This document shows, one piece after another, positions 12,464 to 22,891 of a DNA stretch of 64,000 nucleotides. This stretch comes from Ascoidea asiatica JCM 7603. Lineage: Eukaryota > Fungi > Ascomycota. Both the position numbers and the translations under genes were made by a program. Numbering within the stretch: position 1 is the stretch's first letter; each line of letters starts with the position of its first letter. The notes below the pieces were generated by a model that did not search any database, was not told where the DNA came from, and worked only from the letters and a program-made list of their open reading frames with translations. The stretch is taken from contig BCKQ01000002.1 of the NCBI GenBank assembly GCA_001600695.1, forward strand, positions 951,184 to 1,015,183. Reading direction: 5' to 3'.

Positions 12464-13160
12464 TGATTTTATGAAGAAATTTAGAATTTCAAATTCCTCA
12501 TCTTAATCTTAATTAGTTTAGTCTCTTATTTGAAAAACTGTACTTGAAAAATCCTTTTTGAGATCTAAAAGTTAACCTAAACTTTAATCTAAACATAACC
12601 AGCTGAAGAAATTAATCCAAATTTAAAATAATCCTCCTTATTTCATAATCATATTTATTTATGACTCCATTTTATGATCTTTCCTTTACAAAATCTTTAA
12701 TTGTTTTTTTTATCAAAAAGAAAACTCAAAAAATTCATCATCATTATATATATATATGTATACATAGTATTATTTTCATTACTATTTTCATTAATCATTT
12801 TTTTAATCATTTTTCATTTTATTTGTTCTTCCTCAATCTCTTTTAATCTTCTTGATTTTTCTTGATTCTACTTTAATAGTCTTTAATGATATTTTAATTA
12901 TTACTTTACTCCTTTTTTTGCTTTCAAATATTTTCAAATAGTTTCAACTCAAATTACATCTCATCGATCAAATAACTCACTAATAAACAATAAATCAATA
13001 AGTTTTCATAAACTACGTTATACACCATTTATTATTGTAAGTCAAATTAGTCTATAACATCCTTTATTGATTTTCTTTTGTATATTTTGTACTTTACATG
13101 ATAACAAAAACTATATTACTAAATAACTAACTCATTTTATTTTATTTTATCATTTTATTA

Positions 13161-16100
13161 TCATAATGCCTCATAGATAAAAATATCATTTTCATGCTTA
13201 TTATTAATACCAAGCATCATTCTATGAGGATGAAAATTAAGACTTCCCACAGAAACTTTATTCATTGGAAAAAGTTTCTTATTTATTGGAAATATTGTAC
13301 TTCTATTATTATTATTGTTGGATTTAATTGAGCCTAATAAAGCTCCTTGAATTCCCCATAAATCAACATTTTTACTACCTGTTGCCATAATTGGTGCATG
13401 CTCATGAATTGCAAAACTTGACATATTTGTATATGGAACCTTAATTTCATTATTTCCTTGTAATTGAATATAATCATTATTTTCTTCAATAATATTTTTT
13501 GATAACGGTTGTCTTCGTAACATTTCTTGATCAATTGTATTTTGAAGATTATTCAAATTTATACTTGAAACCGAACTTCTATGTCTTATATCAGGTAATG
13601 ATCTATTGCTATTTATCAATAAATTAGTCTCCATTTCTTTTCTTAAATGAGCACTTTCTTCAAGAGAATATGCTTTGAACTCAACTACAGGCTCATCACT
13701 TCGAATATCCCATAATTGGACGATTCCATTAGTTGAACCACTTGCTAATTCTCTGTTTCCACCTCTTTGAAAATGAATTTTTTGAATCCAATTTCTTTTT
13801 TTTTCAGGCCATTTTGATAACCCTTTCCATTCTCTCACAATACACATTCTTGGTTCTAATCTTTTATCAAAAATTCTAATATCACCATTCTCAAATCCAG
13901 CAGCAATTATATTTCCTGCGACTTGATCTGAAGTCATTGAAGTGACAGTTTTAATGGATCTGGTTGGAATTTCTTTGACACATAATTCTTTTTGAACGTC
14001 CCAGATTTTAATTGTATTAACATCTCCACTTACCAATAAATTTCCAGTACTTTGTTGCCAATCTGTAATCAAGCCAACAGAAAATTTACTCTCCTTAATA
14101 TCATTTAACGCTCTCCAGGTGGTTATTAATTTGATATTTCTAGTATCCTCGAATTCACGATAAATTTTTACAACACCATCAGAAGATCCTGTTAATAAAA
14201 TAGATTTATCATCCTCATTTAATAATTTTAAATCTGTAACTTTACTACCAACAGGATTGTTATTGGAAAATTCACACAAACATTCATTTTGATCCCAGTC
14301 CCAAACTCTAATGATATTTTTATCATCAGCTGTTACAATCCAATTTTCAAATTGTGAGAATTCAAACAGTCTTGGAACAGACTGATTATCAATAGCAACT
14401 TTTAAATTAGACCAATTGGATTCCATTGCTTTTTTTTTTTGTTGTTGAGTAAACTCAATAATATGATCATTACGATTTTTCCTCCATGACTTGGCCTGTT
14501 GGTCTTCATTCGGAAACCCATGATTTCTGAGTGTTGGCTTATCCTTATTAAGCTGAGGATAGTGAAAATATTCAATCGAGTAATCCAAAAATTTAGATTC
14601 TATAGGAATTTTAGGAATAATTAGCGTTATATCAACTGGTTTAAATCTTGCTAAATGAGGTATAAGTAATGCCTTTATTTCTAGCTCATCCAGTTGCTTA
14701 ACATCAGGAATATAAACTTCTGCAGGACCCTGAGTAATTTTAATCCCAGGAATTTCAAAAGTATATGGCTTATTGTCATCAACAGTTTCCAATACAGAGT
14801 TCCCAGTTATATAATTGAAAAAATTTTGAATAGAGCCTGGTTTTCTTAATACACCACTCGAATTTATATCCAGATGTGCATCTGAAGATCCAAAAGAGTT
14901 ACCTGAAAAATGATTTGAAGTAATAGTGGCTGATTTTGATATTCCATGTCTTTGATAAGAACCCAAATCTCTGCTGCTCTTGTATTTTCTGTGAGCCAAT
15001 TGTGGTCTATTTTCCAGTTGGTTTTCTTTTCCCAGTCTTAGCGTTAACCTGGTTCTTAGCCTTTCAAAAGAGTCTTTGAATTTTTCACTAGTAGAAAGCT
15101 TTAAGAGAACATATTGTATAATAATTTCAGCCATGTTTCTGATTTCATAATGTGGATCTGATGATAAAGTTAAAATGCTTCTCCAAACAGCACTAAAAAC
15201 AGTTCCATATATGGGCATTTTTTTTCGAAAGTCATTTATCTCCGATATTCTTTCAATTAGTATAATTTCTTCATACATTGATGCTTCTGCAGTGGCAAGA
15301 AATATTGCTAAATATTTGTAGACAAATTTAGAGAAATATATGATTATTTGTTTTCTGACAGCAGCACTGCCATCTGTTACTGAAGCTACTAATAGTTTTG
15401 CTATACTTATGTCACCTTGCTGTAATTCACTAACTGATTCTTCGCTTATACTGTCATCAAGATCATCTAGTAGAATCATTAAAGTTATAAAGCTATAAAT
15501 AATGGAAGCCCGTATTTCTGGAGTCCAAGCTTTTTTATAAATTTCTATTATTTTTGGAAGTATAGTTGTATGAACTAAAATTTTCAACTTCAATATATTA
15601 GACCATAATTGACTAATAAAAAGAGCAGACCAAACACGAAGAGATTGAGAGTTTGAATTTTCTAAAAACCATACAATTTTGTCTGTCAAATGAGAATCGT
15701 ATAGTAATTTTTGAGCATCTTTATTCTCTCTCATGAAAATAGTTAAAACAAAAACAGGCAAAGCAATTTGATTGTCTGATAAACCTTTGATTGGATCATA
15801 CTTTAATATTGGCATCAATTCTTCTGATATTTTCACAGGTTGTACAGTTTCTGAATCTATATATTTATTACGGAGGGTTTCTGATTTGAATTTAATGTTT
15901 GTTTCATATCTCCTTCTAGGATTAACTCCAAGTTCCTGGCTACCAGTGATGCTTGGCATGTAAGGATTATTGGAATTCTTTTCCTTGATTCTTTTAATTG
16001 CTTTGATATAAAATGGGTTTTGCTGTCTTGTCAATTCAGGGTCTTCAGAGTTTTCTGGAATTATCATTTCTATGAAAAATGTGAAATTAGCGTTTAGACG

Positions 16101-18242
16101 TGAAAGCAAATCACCTTGTATATCTTTCCAATACGAAGCCATTAATTTTGCCCAGATAAAGGTTAAGAAAGGCTTAAAATTATTTGCAGTTACTTGAAGT
16201 AAACGAATCAAATGATCCAAAATTCCAGCTTCTAGAACTGCGGTAACACTCCAAGGACCTAGATCCACTACTCGAGCTATTGTATAAAGGGATATAAATC
16301 GATAATATGGTGTTCCAATAATATGCACAAGCATTGGTAATTGAGGTGGAATAATTTTTTTAAAACTTTCATAATCAATCCAATGGTTCAAGGCTGCAAT
16401 TTGATTTTCAAAAAAATTTGTAAAATGAAATTTGGGTTGTATAGCGATAGATTCTATAGTCGTAAAGCCGTAAGTTTCTTTGATAAACTTTAATCTAGAA
16501 AGAAATTGATCAATAACTAAATCCCAATCATCCCATATAGGATGATTGTGTACATCAGGTAGAACTGGTTCTGAAACAGCATTTTTATCATAGTATTTCA
16601 TTACCCTTTGAGCCAACAAAAAATTCCGGAACATAGCATTAGCCATTATATCTTGTCTGAACCATCTTTTATAATCACTATGAGATAAACTTGTATAAGC
16701 TATCATATCCATTAAAGCAATAAAAATTAAATATAAATCACCAAAGACGTCTTTTCTTTGTTCATAATTTCCATGATAACCAAAATCTAAATTTGATTTT
16801 CTATGATGATCTGGACTACTACTGAGCTTTTCTGTTTTTATATAGTCATATAAGGAATCATAATCTTTTTTGAAGGGTGATTTTAAAATAAAAAATCTTA
16901 TACTCATTTCAATGGGGGAACTCATACAGCAAGTAAAAATATCTGCTGGTATTTCTGGTTGAGAAGGTAGCTTTTCTCCATCTTTGCAAGAACAAAATAT
17001 GTAAGAATCTAAAAAACAATAAGGATTAATAAAATTTGGCAGAGAAGGGTCATTTTTATTAGTTAATTTATCATTTACATAGTCACTAATCCTAGCTTCA
17101 GTTGCTTTTTTAAGTGAATTCAACATTCTCCCAGAATATGTACAGTCAAAGACTAAAATATAAGGAGAGCCTAACCAAGATTGTAATTCGGAAGCAGTCA
17201 CTGGAACGTATTGGTTATATGCTCTATTGAATAACCAGAAATCACCAGTTTCATTAGGATAAGGAACTCCATGGCCATTGTAATGTAAAAAAATCCTTGA
17301 AATCGGTTTTTTGGAATCAGAAGAATTGCTTCTCATATTGTTTTTATTAGGATATAAACCATTACTATTCATACAATTTGAATTCGAAGAATTATACGCT
17401 TGATTTGAATTTGGATTATCTAGTTGACGCCTCCAGCTTATTATATATCTTTTGAGTTCATCTACATTTGGTTCTGAATAAACTCTTAAAGTCATTTTAG
17501 GACTTAATCTTTGGTAGAAACTTGTAACTTGATTAGTAATTAAAGCTGAAGCTTCTTTGGGTCCGGGAAAAGTATCGGGATCAATCCATCCTTCTAAAGA
17601 AGCTGAAGGCTTTACTGCCTCAAAAGGAGGTGGGGGCTCAGTTCCTACATTTAAACATAATAAAATTCCTCCTAATGGAGTTGAAGAAATTTTTTTTGGT
17701 GATCTCCAGTCAACTTCTTTAAGTATTCTATAATAATCTTTATTCAATTGTCTTTCTTCTTCTGTTATTGGATTTGTATTATCTAAGTATGCTTTACTTT
17801 CAAAATAGAAGAAAAATCTTGAAAATGATTTTTGAATATCAGTATCTGTAAACCCATGTCTTAATATTATTTCATTAGAATTTGCATTATTACTTAACTG
17901 ATTACTATTATCATTTTCCTCATCATCAATATTATCATTTTCGATATTTTTTATTGCGAGGTCAGGTAAGTTATTTGCATTAGTTATATCATCTATTAAC
18001 CTATCTCTTGAAACTGATGAAGAATAACTGGTATTATTATCTGTCGGTCTACTTGGTCTTCTGATTGGGCTATTATTTCCTTTTAGTTGTTGATTGTAGC
18101 CATTTATTTGATTCCTATCCATTTGGTTTCCATTATTTTGATTTCCATTTATTTGAGCTCTGTTGAAATTTGCATTTGAAGGTAAATGACTATTTCGCTG
18201 AAGAGTTCTTGGAAGATGTATTGGAGAAGGCTCCTCCATCAT
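13161..18242 (-). CDS. KOG1: Raptor/Kog1-family TORC1 subunit (RNC + HEAT/ARM + WD40), strongly diverged
   Basis: [50 protein letters not shown], C-terminal WD40 repeats ([27 protein letters not shown]-like, FHPHRMM). Confidence 0.92.
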   Translation of the reverse strand: [1693 protein letters not shown]

Positions 18243-18693
18243 TGTATCAGAAATAGTTGAAACAGTTTAATATTTCAACCAAACTGTATAATATGCTTTT
18301 ATCCAAAGTGAATTATTTTTTTCTAAATTTTGACTATAATTCAATATATAATGTTTTATTTACTTTATTCTCTTGAATCCAAAAGTAGCTTTAATTCATT
18401 TTATTTTTTTCTTTCTGTCTGTCTTTCACTTTCATAGCATTAAAAGGCAATAATTAAGGTTACGTAACCTTAACAATCTCTATTCTTACGTTATTCCTAA
18501 GGTAATCCGAGCGTATTTCCACTGGATTTCTTCAGGATTTCCATTTCCGGAAACTCTCTTATCCGTACTATAACTAGACAGACACTGATTGTTAATCATT
18601 TTATTCTTTTATTGGAATTGTTTTCGAATATTCTAGGCTATTCTTAGACTTTCTAAGATTGCATAGATTGTTCTACGACTACATTTTATTGCG

Positions 18694-18800
18694 TTCTTAG
18701 AACTTCCGTGTGCATGTTAAATGTACTAGAACGTTCTGGGTCTGCATTATTTATTCTTTCTTCGAAGTTCTGTGTGCATTTCGAATGTACTGGAATCTTC
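18694..18800. repeat. Degenerate 43-bp direct repeat, two copies 64 bp apart, rich in GAA/TTC units
   Basis: 18694-18736 TTCTTAGAACTTCCGTGTGCATGTTAAATGTACTAGAACGTTC versus 18758-18800 TTCTTCGAAGTTCTGTGTGCATTTCGAATGTACTGGAATCTTC; 34/43 identical with no gaps. Confidence 0.8.
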
Positions 18801-19927
18801 GTGTTTGTTCTTAGAATGACGTAGTGTCTTCTAGAACAGTACTTTATTTTATTTCTTTTCTTAAGTATGGGAAGTGAACTTTCACATACTAAATTTACAA
18901 ATTTATTCTTAAGATGGGTTACCCGCTCCTATTTTCCGCTAATATAAATGGGGCACTTACCTCCCATATTTTTTATATAATTTTTATATATTTTATAATT
19001 TAATTAACAATGGTTTATAATTTGAATTAGATATCTTCTTAGTAATGATTAGATATTTCGTTCGAACTACAATCAACACTTAAAGGCTCAATAATCCAGA
19101 CTAATCCGCCGGAAAGCATTGGTCTTGTGTTGTAAAAAGGTTGGAGATGTAAAACCACCTTCCAAACCACCATCAGAGTTAGGAAAGGCAACAGTGCCAA
19201 AATAATTAAAAAAATTTCAAAAGAAATTACGCATTTGAAAGATAAGTTAACAAATAAGTTAATGGCTATTCGGTGCCCAAAACACCAATGTATGTGGTTT
19301 AGTTTATATTAGAAAATAATAAAAGAACTGAAATAAAAAATCTAAAAAACTTAAAAAAAGAAAAAGAAAAAGAAAAACAATAAAAATTTAAGAAAAAATT
19401 ATGATAGTGAATGAGTGACAAAAATTGACAAGTTTTAATCAATAAAGTGAACAAATAAATGAATAAATAAATGCAAAAGAAGGAAAAACAAAAATAAACA
19501 GGACATGATTAAAACCCAATTTAAAGCAAACATACTCAAGGAAGCATACACAACAAGGCTGGTAATGTTTTAAATAACATTACCAATGCTATAAGTAAAA
19601 CAATAAATATGATCTCAATATTTCGTAAACCCAAAATTTATACTTTTTTTCTCAACTTTCTTTTGTTAATAAAATACAAGCAATTATATATATTGATAGA
19701 AACTAACCTAGGATAAATGATATACTATCTCAAAATCTAACATTAAAATTGCTAAAACCTCTAAGCTTTATTTTATAAAAAAATAATGTATAATTTAAAT
19801 TAGCTTAAAAGATTTGAGAAAATTTTATGAAAGTGATAATATAAATTAAAAAAAAAATAGAAAAATATATTAGAATATACTAAAACATATTTCAGTAAGT
19901 GCTAACCTGTTTGTAAATCAATTAAAT

Positions 19928-22891
19928 CTAGTCAAATTTCTTACTTATGTCATTAGAAATTCTCTTTCTAGGTAATGGTCTTACATTCATTTTATCATCT
20001 AACAATCCACCTATCAATTCTACACTATTTTTCTTAGATTCTTTGTTATTGTTCTGGATGTTATTTGAAGCATCATTGGAATTATTATCATCACTGCTAT
20101 CCAAATCAATTAAATTCATATCGTTATTATTGGTAGTGGTTTTTGAGTTAACAGTAGTTACATTTCTTAATACTTTTTGATTTTTCGCCATTTGAGCATT
20201 TTGCTCCATTTCTTCCTCAGTCTCGTCCATAGATAATAATAATCCCTGCTTGACATCTGAATAAAATGACCACAATGAAGTAGAGACTGTTGATATTGGA
20301 TCATTATTAATTGATGCTAATTCTTTTATTGGAGTAGCTATTTCTTTTTTACCATTAGTTCTTATTACTTTTCTCCCAGATGAATTTGTATTTGTATTTG
20401 TACTTGTATTTAATGACTTATGAATGATTTTATGATTATTTAAATTGGTTGGTGCATTTTTAAAATGCTTGAAATTAGCTGACGATGCTTTATTTGAATT
20501 ATTAGCATTACTTGTAAATACACTATTTCGTCTTGCAACATTGATCTTTGAAGTTTTTGATGATAATGGATTTTGAAGTGAGTTCGTTCTTTGTAAAGTT
20601 TTTTTATTATTGGAAAATGAATTACTTATACTACCTTTAAGTCCGGATCCAGAATCAAATGTATCTTCAAAATTAAAAAAATCATCATTATCAAAATCAT
20701 TAAGTTCCACTTCATTTTCATTTGGCTCTTCTTTGATTGTATTATTCTTATTTTTATTACGAGTTTTGGGTATACTTAGTATATTACTATTAGTATTCAA
20801 GAAATTATTACCATTAATATCATTATCATTATTGTTGTTTAAGGAATCAGAACCACCGAATGTAAAATCTCTATCAATGGAATCAACTGGTGAAGTCTTT
20901 GACAGACCAGAATACTTTTCAATTCCATCTTGTAACATTGAATCTAATTTTGATAAAACATTTAATGGTTTTGAAATATTTTCCCACATAGATGTTTGTC
21001 TTTTATGTGAATTAATATCATCATAATTGAAAGAATTATTAGATTTAGAAGCTAAAACGCTCATACTTAATCTATTATTTTTTTTTTCATTCAATTTTGA
21101 ATTCATATTTGATTTAGAATTTGATGTTTGGCCAAAATTCATATAATCTTGAATTTGTCTATCAATTTTATTTTTTGTTGGAGAAGATAATGGAGTACGT
21201 AAATTTGGTAAATTTGAAACAGATGAGGATCTCATTTTTCTGGAATTTATTATATTGTTGATTGTTGGATTATTTGATTTTGAAGGAGTCACTTCATTTG
21301 AAAATGTAGGTTTTGAATGAGATGATTGCAGCAGTGTTGGTAGAATCGAAGACATTAAAGTTGACCTTCTTGAAGAGGATCTTGTTCTTGAAATTGCGGC
21401 TTCTCTTGGAGAAGTTGAAGTTTGTCTGAAAGGCTTATTGATAGTATTACTATTATTATTGTTATTATTATTATTATTATTGTTATTATTTGATTCATTA
21501 TCAGTATCAATTGACGAAATGGTTGAGGTCGAAGTCCTATTTGTCGATTTAATTGAATTTGAGTTGTTTAAAGTATTCATTGAAGTTGAAGATCTTAGGG
21601 TTGAATTAGATAAACTTGATTTTATATTTATTAAGTCTTCACCATTTCTGATATTTTGATATAAAGAAGCTTGAACCACTTCTCTTAAATATTTCAATTC
21701 ATGCTCTTCAGAATTTAGCTGTTCGGATAATAGTTTGATTTCATCTTTTAATTCAACAACTTTCATCTCTTTCAATGCCAATAATCTTATTTTTCCAGTA
21801 GTTTCATCTTCTGGTTCTTTGACTTCTGAATTAGAGTTTGAGTTATTTATATTATTTGTATTATTTGTGTTATTTGAATTCAAGGAAGAGTTTGAACTAT
21901 TATTTCTTTTTAGACTATTACGTAAATTTGGAGTATTTGACGTTGGAGATATGATTTGATTTTGACGAAAAAGAATTGAATTTCTATTTGAAGAAGTTGA
22001 AGTTGAAGATAAAGAAGAATTTCTTTGTAAATCAATCATTGAAGTACCAGAAAAAGTTGAAGATCTTCTATTAAAAAGATTTAAAGAATTCGAACGAGGT
22101 ATTGAAGATTGTGGAGAATGATGAATATTTGAATTTAAACTTGAATTTGAATTTGAATTTTTATGACTGATATAATTATGATTGTGATTATGATTATGAT
22201 TATTAAAATGATTAGAAGAATTATTATCTAATACATTTAAGCCAAGATTTAAGCCATAACCAAATTTTGATCTTTGCTTTGGTAAGGTTCTACTTCTTTG
22301 TAAAACTGGGGTTTGACTATTATTATTATTGTTATTAAATGGAGAAGAATTCGTTGGTGACTGATTGCTATTTAAGCTATTCGTTGAATTTCTTGAGTAA
22401 TGTTTTTTAGGATTATCATTATTATCAACAATTAAAACTTTTTTCTTATGAGATTTAGCATTAATTGATTTATTTGCAATGGTGATTGGATTTTTGATAG
22501 AATTTGAATTTTGAATTGTACTTGGAATTGAATTTGATTCATGGTTTAAATCTTCATCACTATTCAAATTATCAAGACTATTCATATTCAAAGGATGATT
22601 ATTATTTGAAGATTGAATATTATCAATTAGATTATTAATTGAACTTAAAGAATTTCTATTATTATTATGATTATGATTATTAATAGTATTATCAGAAGTA
22701 ATATTACTGTTATTATTATTTATATTTTTGATAATCTTTAATTCTAATTTTGTTGGAGATAAATCAGTTGTTGAACTATTCTGAGAATTTGAGAAGATTG
22801 AAGAATTATCAGTTAAAGTGGAATTTAAAGAATTTAAAGAAGAAGGGTTTGAATTAATTGAAGAAGAATGTCGAGAAGTTGTAGTAATCAT
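19928..22891 (-). CDS. TDA11: Tda11-like low-complexity coiled-coil protein
   Basis: Coiled coil LLALKEMKVVELKDEI..L.YLREVV, then SKPLNVLSKLDSMLQDGIEK and SVSTSLWSFYSDVKQGLL, blocks typical of Tda11. Neighbours PEX18/21-like and KEL1, as in S. cerevisiae YHR158C-YHR160C. Confidence 0.8.
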   Translation of the reverse strand: MITTTSRHSSSINSNPSSLNSLNSTLTDNSSIFSNSQNSSTTDLSPTKLELKIIKNINNNNSNITSDNTINNHNHNNNRNSLSSINNLIDNIQSSNNNHPLNMNSLDNLNSDEDLNHESNSIPSTIQNSNSIKNPITIANKSINAKSHKKKVLIVDNNDNPKKHYSRNSTNSLNSNQSPTNSSPFNNNNNNSQTPVLQRSRTLPKQRSKFGYGLNLGLNVLDNNSSNHFNNHNHNHNHNYISHKNSNSNSSLNSNIHHSPQSSIPRSNSLNLFNRRSSTFSGTSMIDLQRNSSLSSTSTSSNRNSILFRQNQIISPTSNTPNLRNSLKRNNSSNSSLNSNNTNNTNNINNSNSNSEVKEPEDETTGKIRLLALKEMKVVELKDEIKLLSEQLNSEEHELKYLREVVQASLYQNIRNGEDLINIKSSLSNSTLRSSTSMNTLNNSNSIKSTNRTSTSTISSIDTDNESNNNNNNNNNNNNNSNTINKPFRQTSTSPREAAISRTRSSSRRSTLMSSILPTLLQSSHSKPTFSNEVTPSKSNNPTINNIINSRKMRSSSVSNLPNLRTPLSSPTKNKIDRQIQDYMNFGQTSNSKSNMNSKLNEKKNNRLSMSVLASKSNNSFNYDDINSHKRQTSMWENISKPLNVLSKLDSMLQDGIEKYSGLSKTSPVDSIDRDFTFGGSDSLNNNNDNDINGNNFLNTNSNILSIPKTRNKNKNNTIKEEPNENEVELNDFDNDDFFNFEDTFDSGSGLKGSISNSFSNNKKTLQRTNSLQNPLSSKTSKINVARRNSVFTSNANNSNKASSANFKHFKNAPTNLNNHKIIHKSLNTSTNTNTNSSGRKVIRTNGKKEIATPIKELASINNDPISTVSTSLWSFYSDVKQGLLLSMDETEEEMEQNAQMAKNQKVLRNVTTVNSKTTTNNNDMNLIDLDSSDDNNSNDASNNIQNNNKESKKNSVELIGGLLDDKMNVRPLPRKRISNDISKKFD

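Noticed and set aside
18956-18963. ACTTACCT resembling the U1 snRNA 5' end, or a minus-strand ATGGGAG|GTAAGT first exon
   Set aside because: No U1 stem-loops or Sm site follow, and no branch point or second exon was found.
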